A DNA stretch of 64,000 nt from a virus. Lineage: Duplodnaviria > Heunggongvirae > Uroviricota > Caudoviricetes. Positions 34,810-44,589 of this stretch are shown here, piece after piece. How positions within the stretch are numbered: the first letter of the stretch is position 1; every line of letters begins with the position of its first letter. Position numbers and translations under genes: made by a program. The notes under the pieces are model-generated. The model ran no database searches, was not told the origin of the DNA, and saw only the letters and a list, made by a program, of their open reading frames with translations. Location: IMG/VR virus record IMGVR_UViG_3300046542_000259; one strand, written 5' to 3'.

Positions 34810-35832
34810 TTAGATTCCGAGCATCGTCTCTATAATATCTCCGTGATCGTCAAATAATTCATCACGACGAATATCCTCAATTTTAATCCACTTAGCTTTC
34901 TTAGCATCGTCCCCACCTTTAACTTTTGGTAGTGGGCCACCTCCTCGCAACTTAATCAAGAAAGCATCGGTAATAACTCTTCCCCTAAGACTTCTGAAAG
35001 GATGATCGAATCTACGGGACCAAGAAATTGAACTAAGGATTTCTTCTTCTTTTAATTTAATTGTAGTTTCTTGAGTAAGTTCCGCTATCAAAGCCTCAAG
35101 AATAGTTTGGTCCTGCTCAATAAAGCCTCCCGGCAAAGCCCATAGATTTTTCCCCGGAAGCATTTTCCTCTGAATCATTAGGATACAACCGTTTTTTACT
35201 ACGACCGCATCTACTGTGTTAAAAGTTGGAGGAAATGGCGACGAAGCCCACTTAAGTTTATAATCTTTATAGTGTTGATATTCGTCTACAAGATTTTTAT
35301 AATCCTCGGTGTTGCTAAATTTGTACAACTCATTTAAAACATTAGGATGAACTAATTCTTCTGAAATCAATTCTCCTTCAAAAAACTTAGCACGAAGATC
35401 AGTAGCATTAATTTTCAAGTGGTTCTCAATTTCAATCGTGTCCCATTCATGAAAATTGCGGATATAAGCTCCGTGCTTATCTTTCACGTGACCGATAATA
35501 CCTATTTTTTTAGGCTTGTCAGTAAACCCATAAATCGACGTTGTTGTAGCATCTACCGCACTACGAACACTAGTCACGTATTTATCGTTGTTGTAAGGGT
35601 AGTCCCGTTGACCCAAAAAGTGAATACGCTTATTCGTTGATTCACCATAACATGACTGAATCATTTTTGCGCGTTCTGAAGCGGTAAAGGGATTTCGTGG
35701 GTTTCTAGCGATGTCAGCCGAACCTAAAATGGTGATGACATGCGGTGCTCGATCCAGAGCTTCGTCCAACAAGCGCTTGTGGGCGCGACTAAAGAGTTGG
35801 AATCTTCCATTCAATACGAGTGTATCGTACAT
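34810..35832 (-). CDS. natV: Bifunctional NMN adenylyltransferase / Nudix ADP-ribose pyrophosphatase (NadM-Nudix)
   Basis: N-terminal LNGRFQLFSRAH resembles the NadM GRFQPFHxGH motif. C-terminal Nudix box GGFIEQDQTILEALIAELTQET. ATG at 35832 with AGGAGA is preferred over the listed 35901 start. Confidence 0.7.
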   Translation of the reverse strand: MYDTLVLNGRFQLFSRAHKRLLDEALDRAPHVITILGSADIARNPRNPFTASERAKMIQSCYGESTNKRIHFLGQRDYPYNNDKYVTSVRSAVDATTTSIYGFTDKPKKIGIIGHVKDKHGAYIRNFHEWDTIEIENHLKINATDLRAKFFEGELISEELVHPNVLNELYKFSNTEDYKNLVDEYQHYKDYKLKWASSPFPPTFNTVDAVVVKNGCILMIQRKMLPGKNLWALPGGFIEQDQTILEALIAELTQETTIKLKEEEILSSISWSRRFDHPFRSLRGRVITDAFLIKLRGGGPLPKVKGGDDAKKAKWIKIEDIRRDELFDDHGDIIETMLGI

Positions 35833-35944
35833 TTTCACACATTCTCCTGTGGTAGTTCGGTTAGGTAGTCCACCATACTTCTTCGCATGATGTAAAGGCA
35901 CCTTAACATAATAAAATGATTATGTCAAGAACTTTTTGAATGAT

Positions 35945-35976
35945 CCATAAAATAAAGAGGCCCGCTGACGCGGGCC
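35945..35976 (-). terminator. Intrinsic terminator for the minus-strand block
   Basis: GGCCCGC / TGAC / GCGGGCC, with a T-run on the minus strand (complement of AAAATAAAGAG). Confidence 0.5.
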
Positions 35977-36010
35977 ATCCCTTAACTCATCAACTTTAAC
36001 TCCAACAACT

Positions 36011-36205
36011 CTAATAGTCCTCGTCACTCAAACCTAGATCGTGTACATAACTACGATACTCTTCATCATCTACCTCGTTAAGTTCGGCGTAAATATCGGC
36101 ATAATCTGCCAGAATGTCTACGTCTTTTTTAGTAGCGATTTTATTTGGAGTCATTTGAGTTGATCGTTCCAATTTTCTTAATCTCCTTCCAATATTTCTC
36201 GTCAC
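36011..36205 (-). CDS. Hypothetical acidic protein
   Basis: Minus-strand ORF in the NAD-salvage block. Confidence 0.3.
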   Translation of the reverse strand: MTRNIGRRLRKLERSTQMTPNKIATKKDVDILADYADIYAELNEVDDEEYRSYVHDLGLSDEDY

Positions 36206-36267
36206 CTGTTTTGAAATGCATATGCAACAAGAATTCTGCTATGCTTTCATATTGAGCCAGCAGTTCG

Positions 36268-36666
36268 TCAGATGTACTGTCCATAAATTTTCCTCATTGA
36301 TTGAATACCACCCACGATGTACTGATTAATTTTTGGGGCTCGTGTCGGTAGTTCTGATAGGCCGGTCCCTAACCCATCGCTGGGAACGACGACTACACCT
36401 CCTTGATCCAAATGTTCGTCAACCCTTTCCATGTCTTCGTCATAATGAGTTAGAAAAAGCTCCATGTCTGCATCGCTGAAAAAACTATCTTCGAATAGAG
36501 AAGGCTTTTTCTTTGTCGCGATCCCTACTGCGTTAGGTTCGCCACGCATTTCTTTGGCCTGACCTCCCATACCTTTGCGCTCCAAATTGTCGCCAAAGAG
36601 ATAGAGAACGTCGCGATTATTTACTAGGTCTTCTCTACTGATCCATTTCTGGAAAATCACTGGCAT
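36268..36666 (-). CDS. Hypothetical protein (LYLFGDNLERKGMGGQAKEMRG... family not recognised)
   Basis: Minus-strand ORF directly upstream of the nadV/natV operon. Confidence 0.3.
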   Translation of the reverse strand: MPVIFQKWISREDLVNNRDVLYLFGDNLERKGMGGQAKEMRGEPNAVGIATKKKPSLFEDSFFSDADMELFLTHYDEDMERVDEHLDQGGVVVVPSDGLGTGLSELPTRAPKINQYIVGGIQSMRKIYGQYI

Positions 36667-36771
36667 TGGATCGCGGCCTCCTTAGCCATCAATTTAGCTT
36701 TCTCTTTCGGTACGTCAGAGTGAGACATAATGACTTGCCTCAATGCTAGTTCAAACAGCTGCCGCTTCATG

Positions 36772-37002
36772 TTAGATGTGATCACTCTTTTCTCCACTTT
36801 CTGTTAGGCGTTTAAATCCATGCACGGCACAATCTTTGTGATACCGTGCATAAATCTGATTGTTATTTCGGATAAAGTCAATAGCTTCATCTGCTTTAAT
36901 TTCACTTTGACTAGGATTACAGCTACAAATTTTTTCTTCAGTCATTTTGTTTTTCTCTTTAACGTACTTCCTCAAATAAATTTGAGAAAGCGCACTTGAC
37001 AT
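36772..37002 (-). CDS. Hypothetical Cys-containing protein
   Basis: Minus-strand ORF containing CSCN...DCAVHGF. Confidence 0.3.
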   Translation of the reverse strand: MSSALSQIYLRKYVKEKNKMTEEKICSCNPSQSEIKADEAIDFIRNNNQIYARYHKDCAVHGFKRLTESGEKSDHI

Positions 37003-37050
37003 TACGATAAAAGCATGATATCACGAAAATAAATGAAAGTCAATAATTAA

Positions 37051-37257
37051 ATGATTGAAATATACGAATTTTACGAGTGGATCAAATTTGACATCATTTT
37101 CGACGGTGAACAAATTTCTGGCCTAGTTATGGCAATGCCTGATCCTGTGAATCGAAACCCAATTATTCACGACATTGAATTTTATGACGATGACCTATTG
37201 ACATCCCAAAATGATTATGATAGATGTATCGACCTTATTGAACAGGACCTTTATTAA
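37051..37257 (+). CDS. Hypothetical protein
   Basis: ORF directly upstream of rIIA. Confidence 0.3.
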   Translation: MIEIYEFYEWIKFDIIFDGEQISGLVMAMPDPVNRNPIIHDIEFYDDDLLTSQNDYDRCIDLIEQDLY

Positions 37258-37259
37258 GC

Positions 37260-39386
37260 ATGAAATCAAATAATTTAGCAATGACAGATGTTGTGGTACA
37301 CGGTGCCCAACAATCAGGAAATTTTTCCATCGCCGCAAATGGTAAAGCTTTTAAAATCCTAATCGACGGCCTTTATTCAAATAAAATTCAAGCCATTGTT
37401 CGCGAACTTTCAAGTAATGCGTTTGATGCTCAAATCGCAGCATCTCGGGGCGATAAGCCTTTCGATCTCCAGCTTCCAAATCTCCTAGACCCAACATTTA
37501 GTGTTCGAGATTATGGCACGTCACTGTCTCACGACGACATTATGGGCCTGTATACCACAGTGTTTCAAAGCACCAAGGAAGACACAAATAACGCCGTGGG
37601 CAAATTTGGTCTAGGCTCAAAAACACCATTTGCTTACACCGATAGTTTTACTGTAACAGCCTTCATGCGCGGCACAAAACGTGTATATGGAGCTTATATC
37701 AATGTCAATGGCATTCCGCAAATTTCACTCATGGCGTCGGAAGATACCAATGAGCTTGACGGATTAATGGTCTCATTTCCTGTCAACTCAAAAGACTGTG
37801 AACAGTTTAGGGTTGAAACTGAGCGAGTTGTTCGTGGTTTTGACGTTAAGCCCAATGTTCGAGGCAATCAAATCGACGTGTCTGAAGTGGAACCTATTTA
37901 TACCGGTTCTTGCTTTAAGATTTTCAAGGGTCACGGCGTTCCGAGAGTCCGTCAAGGATGCGTCATTTATCCGATTAACACCACTAACCTACCCAAGCCT
38001 TGGAACGTGGCGCATGAGAATATTTTCAATACAAATATTCTAATTGATTTTCCAATAGGCGACTTGGATGTGACACCAAGTCGCGAAACACTCAGCTATG
38101 ATGATGTAACTATCAAAAACATCATGGACAGAGCCGCGTTAATCGATGCAGAGATCGTGGCTGAATATAGCGAACGCTTTGCCAAGGTCAGAACGTATTA
38201 CGAGGCTCAATGTTTTCAAGGCGACAATGGCCATCAAGTCCTTAAAAGCGTTCAGAGCTACCTCAATAATCTCGTTCATAATGGTAGAAGGGTTAACCCC
38301 TATAAACAGGTTCCTCGTGATAGGTTGAAGCATAATTATGGCTGCACCATCATGCATCATAGTGAATATGATGTGAACCAATCATCCAAAACTTTGAAAT
38401 TTAAAGTTAGCAATTATCATTGCGATTGGTCCGTAAATTCTGACACCATGTTCATCATTGAACATCCTGGCAAAAAGCTTCAGCACATTAATGCAAGAAT
38501 TCGCAATAATCTTAACGGCAAAACGAATGTTGTGTGGATCAAGAATATCGATGCCACGCCTAGACAGCTTCGTAAACTGAAGAAGCTTTTGGGCTATCCC
38601 CTAATTCATGACATAGCTGATCTCAAACTACCAGAACGTAGGAAGCCTGATCCGAACGATATCAGTCCCCGCATTAAAAAAACTGAGTGCAGGATTGAGC
38701 GTTTCAAGAGTCCCGGAAGCAGTTACACCTCAGAAGACGTGGTTAATTTGGAGGACCTTGACAAAGATACTCGCTATATCGTTGCCTATAGTGATTGGTT
38801 CCTGATTGATCCCGACGATAAGGAAACGACAGCATCTTTCTATGACTTGTCGCGATTTGTCACTGATTTAGATAAATTAATCATCGTTCGGCGTCAAAAC
38901 GCTCATAAGTTCAAAACATTTGGGTTTACCAATGCCCTGATCGAGGCACGTGATAAATTATTTGCAGAAATAGATTTTGAAAAATTTAAGGAAGGTGTTA
39001 CACTAGAAGTCATTAACGACGACAATTTCAGTGGTTTCAGTGGATTTTTTACCAATAAGGTATATACAGAAGACACTTCGTACAAGAAAGTGCTTGACTT
39101 TTTAGAAAAATATGGTAAAAAGCCTAACTATGCTGAAATTGATGCTAAGGTATGGTCTTGGAAAGCACTGGTTCCTGTCGCGACATATCAAGACGCGGTG
39201 AAGCAAGACATAGGTACAATCCCCGAAGAAGATAAATTAAGTCATTGGATCGCACAAATTCAAAACGACTATCCCCTCACGAAATACATTCTTGCAACGT
39301 ATTACAAATTCGATCAAGCCAAGGCTGACGAATTACACGATTATATTACTATAATGGATCATTATAAGAAAGAGAAAATGGCATGA
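37260..39386 (+). CDS. rIIA: rIIA protein (GHKL-ATPase-fold N-terminus)
   Basis: [29 protein letters not shown] aligns with T4 rIIA [51 protein letters not shown] aligns with [22 protein letters not shown]. 708 aa against 725 in T4. Confidence 0.85.
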   Translation: [708 protein letters not shown]

Positions 39387-40420
39387 GTAATTTTGGATTT
39401 ATTCAAACAGGTAAGGGCGTAACTCTATTTTTTGGAGCAAAGCCAGTTCCGGTGGATCAGAGCCACCTTTATTATGAAGAGATTGTAAAAGAATTGAAGA
39501 CCGGCGATCCTGATATTGCCAAGATTCTTGAACTTTCTGACGTTCCTGAAGCGATTAAGGGTAAGCTCTACGGCGACGTTACCGTTACAGACGGTGAGAT
39601 TTACTACCGCAACAAGCCGGTCCACAACATTTTGACCACAAAAATGATTCAGCTGATGAAAGAAGGCTGGGACATCAGTATTTGGGCCAACTTCCTTAAT
39701 AATTTGATGAAAAACCCGTCTCAGGTGGCGATTAACGAACTGTATCTTTTCCTTGAAAAGGCGCAGATGCCACTAACACCAGATGGACATTTTCTCGCAT
39801 TTAAAAAGGTACGCAATGATTACACCTCAATTCACGACGGTAAGACAGACAACAGTGTTGGCTCTCGTCCATCTATGCCACGTGAAGAAGTTGATCCCGA
39901 CCGTGACCGTCATTGCAGCCGTGGTCTTCATTTTTGTGCTCATAGTTACTTAACTCATTTTGGTGGTTCCACCGACCATCGCGTCGTTATTGTCAAGATT
40001 AATCCAGCCGACGTTGTAGCCATTCCTTCGGACTATGATAATGCTAAGGGCCGCGCTTGGACCTACGAAGTTGTGGATGAAATCCCAAATCCCGGTGTTG
40101 GGGACCGAGACAAGCGTTTCGATAAGGCCGTGGATGACAGCTGGGACGCGCCTGAAATCGTTGAGTCTGAATTAGAACCGGTTATTGATGAGCTACAATT
40201 TGCTCACGACATTGGCGCTATTTCAAATGAGGAACTGATTAAGGCTAGAACAGCCAACGATGACAGTGAGCTTCTGTTCGGTGACATCTACACCGCAGCA
40301 GAAATTGTAGCTAAGGTCAAGGAAATTGGCTCAGTTCGTGGCGCGGGTCGAGCCCTTGGTATTGCTAAGTCAACCTTTGGTGATTGGTACAAGAAGGCTA
40401 AGGAAGCTACGAATGGCTGA
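39383..40420 (+). CDS. rIIB: rIIB protein
   Basis: NFLNNLMKNPSQVAI...CSRGLHFCAHSYLTHFGGSTDHRVVIVKINPADVVAIPSDYDNAKGR aligns with T4 rIIB FLENLLENPSQKAV...CSRGLHVCSKSYIRHFGSSTDRVVKVKVHPRDVVSIPIDYNDAKMR. Confidence 0.85.
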   Translation: MSNFGFIQTGKGVTLFFGAKPVPVDQSHLYYEEIVKELKTGDPDIAKILELSDVPEAIKGKLYGDVTVTDGEIYYRNKPVHNILTTKMIQLMKEGWDISIWANFLNNLMKNPSQVAINELYLFLEKAQMPLTPDGHFLAFKKVRNDYTSIHDGKTDNSVGSRPSMPREEVDPDRDRHCSRGLHFCAHSYLTHFGGSTDHRVVIVKINPADVVAIPSDYDNAKGRAWTYEVVDEIPNPGVGDRDKRFDKAVDDSWDAPEIVESELEPVIDELQFAHDIGAISNEELIKARTANDDSELLFGDIYTAAEIVAKVKEIGSVRGAGRALGIAKSTFGDWYKKAKEATNG

Positions 40421-40655
40421 TTCCGAAATTTTTGATTTTGTCAAAAACTGTTTAGTCACTTATATTGGTGTTGATCCTACAACTGTCACGCCTGACGCCG
40501 ATCTCGTCTCTGACTTTGAGCTAGATTCTTTCGATTTAATCGAGCTTATAATGATTGTGGAAGAAAAATACAACATTGAAGTGAATGAGCGAGACATGAC
40601 AAAAGTTTCAACAATTCAAGACATGATCGATGTTATCAAAAAGGTATCGAAATGA
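40413..40655 (+). CDS. Acyl-carrier-protein-like (phosphopantetheine-binding fold) protein
   Basis: 80 aa. DFELDSFDLIELIMIVEEKYNIEV resembles the ACP D[LS]GxDSLDxVELVMxxEExF motif, with Ser in the DSF position. Its ATG overlaps the rIIB stop. Confidence 0.45.
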   Translation: MADSEIFDFVKNCLVTYIGVDPTTVTPDADLVSDFELDSFDLIELIMIVEEKYNIEVNERDMTKVSTIQDMIDVIKKVSK

Positions 40656-40999
40656 AAAATTGGGGACGTTATACAATTGGGGCGGCATTAGCCGTCCTCC
40701 TTGTCAGTTCTGGCCTTCGTTACGCCTATGTCGCTGTAACGACCGAAACAGTAACAGACACGTTTGTTAGGGATAGTGAACGTGTCTGTAACTCTGACGA
40801 TGCTCAAAAGTGCCGATACATCGCGTTTGGCGAGAAAGAGACTTATGAAAACACTGATGAATGGATGTTCTTTAAGTGGAACAGTTCTGATGTGAATAAG
40901 AGTCTTGTCAAAGGCGCGACGTGCGAAATGAAGGTTTACGGAATCCGCATCCCCTTCTTTTCTTGGTACAGAAACATCATTGAGGTAAAATGCCAATAG
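40652..40999 (+). CDS. Secreted or membrane-anchored hypothetical protein
   Basis: N-terminal hydrophobic segment IGAALAVLLVSSGL. Confidence 0.3.
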   Translation: MKNWGRYTIGAALAVLLVSSGLRYAYVAVTTETVTDTFVRDSERVCNSDDAQKCRYIAFGEKETYENTDEWMFFKWNSSDVNKSLVKGATCEMKVYGIRIPFFSWYRNIIEVKCQ

Positions 41000-41184
41000 A
41001 TATTCTTTCTGAGTTACAATTTATTCTAGAAGATTATGTAGAGCAATGTGAAGAAGCTAGGACTTGGGGAGGACCAACAATGTACCCTCGTCATCCCATC
41101 ACGGAACATTCGGCAAAATATTACTCAAGAAAATTAAAAGAACTTATTAATGATTTACAAGACCCTTTATCATCTAGACAATAA
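40990..41184 (+). CDS. Hypothetical protein
   Basis: Overlapping ORF. Confidence 0.3.
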   Translation: MPIDILSELQFILEDYVEQCEEARTWGGPTMYPRHPITEHSAKYYSRKLKELINDLQDPLSSRQ

Positions 41185-41206
41185 CAACAATATCCGAACA
41201 TGGTTT

Positions 41207-42286
41207 ATGGAGCGCGACGGGTCACGATACTGCACCCATTCCGGTATTCAAGGCGGTAAGATCGTAACCAGCGAATGGAAACAGGCTGTTGAGAAGAATG
41301 TTGGTAAGACCAATGCCACCACGCCGGAAGAACAAGCCGATTTAGAAGTTGAAGCGATTTATCAGAAGAAGTTGGATCGCAAGTACAGCCTCACGCCTGA
41401 AACGGCGCAGCGTTCCAACTTCCTCCAACCTATGCTTGCCGCCACCTTAGATGAAAAGAAGACGTTGAAAGCTAAGAAGAAATGGTATCTACAACCAAAG
41501 CTCGACGGGCTTCGCTGTGTCATGGACGAAAATGGCGGTACGTCACGAGCCGGTAAGCCCTTCCATACCGTGGCACACATCGTTGACGAATTGAGAGACG
41601 CCGCAGCGAAATACAATGTCACGTTTGACGGCGAACTTTACAACCACGACTACAAACACGACTTTGAAAAAATTGTTTCATTGGTAAAGAAACAGAAACT
41701 TTCCAGTCTGACGGAAGACGATTTAAGTGAAATTGCGGCCAAGGTTCAATTTCACATCTATGACGTTATTTTTTGGGACGATCCAGAGCGCCGGTACGAG
41801 GATCGGCTCGCTTTTCTTGAACAAATTTTTAAGGAAGATTTTTCTGACGCCATTACTCTTAAGCTCGTACCAGCCACGCTCCATGACGATCTCACTTATG
41901 AAGAAGTGGTGGAAATGCATGACAAGTGGTTTGCACTTGGTTATGAAGGTTTAATGCTTAGAGATGCCGATTCCGAATACGAGCACAAGCGTTCCAAGGG
42001 ATTGGTAAAGTTTAAAGATTTTGACGAAGCAGAATTTACTATTGTCTCTTTCATTGAAGGCACAGGCAATTGGGCCGGTGCGCTGAAGTCGGTAGAAGTT
42101 GAAGTCCCTAGCGGTACATCAGAAGCTGGTGTGGCGGGACCATATGAAGTCAATGTTGAACGTCTCGCTAGAGCCAAAGAATATCTAGGCGGCGATGCAA
42201 CGATCAAGCATAAGGGCTGGACCAAGGATGGCAAGCTTCGCCACGGCGTTGCGAAAGCGTTCCATATCGGTAAGAGGGATTATTGA
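41207..42286 (+). CDS. ATP-dependent DNA ligase (T7-type, minimal)
   Basis: Motif I LQPKLDGLRC (KxDG), motif III FDGELY, motif IV EGLMLRD, motif V LVKFK. The start could instead be ATG 41150. Confidence 0.75.
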   Translation: MERDGSRYCTHSGIQGGKIVTSEWKQAVEKNVGKTNATTPEEQADLEVEAIYQKKLDRKYSLTPETAQRSNFLQPMLAATLDEKKTLKAKKKWYLQPKLDGLRCVMDENGGTSRAGKPFHTVAHIVDELRDAAAKYNVTFDGELYNHDYKHDFEKIVSLVKKQKLSSLTEDDLSEIAAKVQFHIYDVIFWDDPERRYEDRLAFLEQIFKEDFSDAITLKLVPATLHDDLTYEEVVEMHDKWFALGYEGLMLRDADSEYEHKRSKGLVKFKDFDEAEFTIVSFIEGTGNWAGALKSVEVEVPSGTSEAGVAGPYEVNVERLARAKEYLGGDATIKHKGWTKDGKLRHGVAKAFHIGKRDY

Positions 42287-42606
42287 TGTTAAATAAAATC
42301 AAAAAATTTCTAGGTCTTGACACCATTCTTACCACCCTGACGCAGGTTCAAGAAAATCAAAGATTTTTATCCCATAAAATAGATGAATTTGATAAACTTA
42401 AGAGCCTCGATATTGATGTAGGTTTTCGCGGCCAATGCACCGTAGTTTTGACGGGAGTGTTTCAAGGAAGAGGTTATGTCAAGTTCTATGACGTATCTAG
42501 AGAAGAATTTGAATATCTTGTTAAAGATTACCGGGAAAGAAAGAAACATTCTCTGGTAAGGAATATTGATGCTCCACCATCTTTTTATGGAGCGTTTGAT
42601 TTATGA
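42283..42606 (+). CDS. Hypothetical protein
   Basis: Coupled ORF. Confidence 0.35.
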   Translation: MMLNKIKKFLGLDTILTTLTQVQENQRFLSHKIDEFDKLKSLDIDVGFRGQCTVVLTGVFQGRGYVKFYDVSREEFEYLVKDYRERKKHSLVRNIDAPPSFYGAFDL

Positions 42607-42851
42607 TTAAACAATACCAAATTATTCCTAAATCCTCAAATTACTATTTGATGAAATATTCCTATGACGGCATTACGTGGCGTTACGTAGAGAATCCTTG
42701 GAACGGCGGGCTGGAAGCTTTAAGTTTCTTTAGCGAAGAGGATTGTAAAAGCTATATTGACAGCCTGATCGCGGAAGAATTGGCACAAAAGCGGCGAGAG
42801 GATCGCCGTTCCGAGTTTGAAGCCAGAAACCCTCCTATTTCATACCCATAA
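42603..42851 (+). CDS. Hypothetical protein
   Basis: Coupled ORF. Confidence 0.35.
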   Translation: MIKQYQIIPKSSNYYLMKYSYDGITWRYVENPWNGGLEALSFFSEEDCKSYIDSLIAEELAQKRREDRRSEFEARNPPISYP

Positions 42852-43197
42852 AGAGTTTATTATGTATCGCGAACCCGAAATTAAACTAAAACAATACCAG
42901 ATGGATGCTATCAATCGCCGCTTAGCCAAGCTAAAAGCTTTAGAAGATGGTGGAGTAGTGAATTGGGAGTATTACACCTACTCGCTACGCCACTGGCAAT
43001 ATGCCGTGGATCAGGAAGATTTGATCCAAGGAATGATAGGAGATATTAACGACCTCATGACTGAAGCTGATGTGGATCAACCCGCTGGATCAGGATGCGG
43101 CTATTCAATTAGTTTTGATGAGGCGCAAATGGCTAAATATCTCAAAGATTTTTTGGTTAAGTACACAGAAATCGAAAACGGAAAACCGAGTGAGTGA
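42817..43197 (+). CDS. Hypothetical protein
   Basis: ORF. The start may be ATG 42862. Confidence 0.3.
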   Translation: MKPETLLFHTHKEFIMYREPEIKLKQYQMDAINRRLAKLKALEDGGVVNWEYYTYSLRHWQYAVDQEDLIQGMIGDINDLMTEADVDQPAGSGCGYSISFDEAQMAKYLKDFLVKYTEIENGKPSE

Positions 43198-43252
43198 GAA
43201 ATTTTTTACCGGGATCGGGTCGAGGCAGACTCCGATAGAAATTTGCGAAGAA

Positions 43253-43678
43253 ATGACAATGATAGCGCAAATTCTTCATGAATGTGGTTATACCCTGCGC
43301 TCTGGTGGCGCGGATCGGGCCGACACAGCGTTTGAACTTGGCGCTGGTGACGTTAAAGAAATCTACCTTCCATGGGACGGATTTAATAACAGGCATGATG
43401 GTATCGTTATGGGAAACAGTTTCGCGGCTCGTAAGATTGCGATGCAGTTTCATCCATATTGGGACAATCTAACTGCTGGCGGCAAGAAGCTTCACACGAG
43501 GAATGTTCCTCAAGTTTTGGGTCGCGATCTTAAAACGCCCTCAGAATTTGTGGTCTGTTGGACCCCCGATGGTGAAGCCAGTGGAGGTACGGGACAAGCA
43601 CTCAGAATCGCGGCCCATTATGGTATCGAGATAATTAACTTAAAAAAGACTAAATTCCCGCTTGACAGATTCCTTTAA
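43253..43678 (+). CDS. Possible SLOG/DprA-like Rossmann-fold protein
   Basis: FTGIGSRQTP...YTLRSGGADRADTAFELGAG resembles the GSR...SGGAxGxD pattern of DprA/Smf/YpsA-type domains. The start is uncertain. Confidence 0.25.
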   Translation: MTMIAQILHECGYTLRSGGADRADTAFELGAGDVKEIYLPWDGFNNRHDGIVMGNSFAARKIAMQFHPYWDNLTAGGKKLHTRNVPQVLGRDLKTPSEFVVCWTPDGEASGGTGQALRIAAHYGIEIINLKKTKFPLDRFL

Positions 43679-43722
43679 TCGTTCTATCTTTTCTTACAAG
43701 TTGCTCAAAAAGGAGATAAGTC

Positions 43723-44046
43723 ATGTATGATCAAGAAATTAGCTACCGCGCCGCGCTTCGTAAGATTATTACGGCTGGGGGTAAAATCATGTCGGCCCGC
43801 TTCGTTAAGGAAGATGGTTCGATCCGTGACATGACATTTCGTCGCAACGTCGCGTCTCAGGTAAAAAACAATCCTGACAACACAAAAAATGATAGTCGTT
43901 TGCGGGTCAAGCGTGGTTCTGTCATCACTGTGGTTGAAATGGATGGGAATCAGGACCGTAAGTGGAAATCGATAAACCTACAAACTTTGCGAGAACTTCG
44001 CGTAAACGGAGAGATTTTTAAAATTGGATCAAGAGCTTATCAATAA
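43723..44046 (+). CDS. Hypothetical protein
   Basis: ORF with AAAGGAG upstream. Confidence 0.35.
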   Translation: MYDQEISYRAALRKIITAGGKIMSARFVKEDGSIRDMTFRRNVASQVKNNPDNTKNDSRLRVKRGSVITVVEMDGNQDRKWKSINLQTLRELRVNGEIFKIGSRAYQ

Positions 44047-44359
44047 CACTTTGTTACAAGTCAAATATAATTACTGCGCCGGAAATTGGCAAAATGTCGT
44101 TGAATATTTTGGCGAAGAGACGGCAGACGTACTAGATTTATTTGATTATTTCGACTACGCCGCTGTATTAGGTCGAGGAGATGTGAAGGAATGCGGAGCG
44201 TATCAGCACCTAGCCGTGATTCAACGCAGCCTAATTACTGCGTTATTTGACTTGGAGAAAAATAAGGTTGCGCTGTCCACCTATGTTGATTTAGAATATT
44301 GGTACTGTAGGCTAAGTGATAAGGTTCAAGGAGTGGGGAAAGCGTTGTGGGTTCATTAA
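44024..44359 (+). CDS. Hypothetical protein
   Basis: Overlapping ORF. Confidence 0.3.
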   Translation: MDQELINNTLLQVKYNYCAGNWQNVVEYFGEETADVLDLFDYFDYAAVLGRGDVKECGAYQHLAVIQRSLITALFDLEKNKVALSTYVDLEYWYCRLSDKVQGVGKALWVH

Positions 44360-44589
44360 TCAGGAAAACGGCTGTAATCTGCTTGACAAGCGAGGATTTT
44401 GAATTAGTATCACAATTAAGACATAAAGAAGGTGTACACGAGTTCTTTCATGTCACGACTCTGGCAAGCTTAAACGAGATTGATTTTTTGACCGATATCA
44501 TTTTTCTAGCTTCGTCCAAGGAATTGTCAGAGTTTGTAGAAATTAGTACCGCAGTTGGAATGAAAGGAGTTACGCAGAGATGGCAGTAA
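44347..44589 (+). CDS. Hypothetical protein
   Basis: Overlapping ORF. Confidence 0.3.
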   Translation: MGSLIRKTAVICLTSEDFELVSQLRHKEGVHEFFHVTTLASLNEIDFLTDIIFLASSKELSEFVEISTAVGMKGVTQRWQ

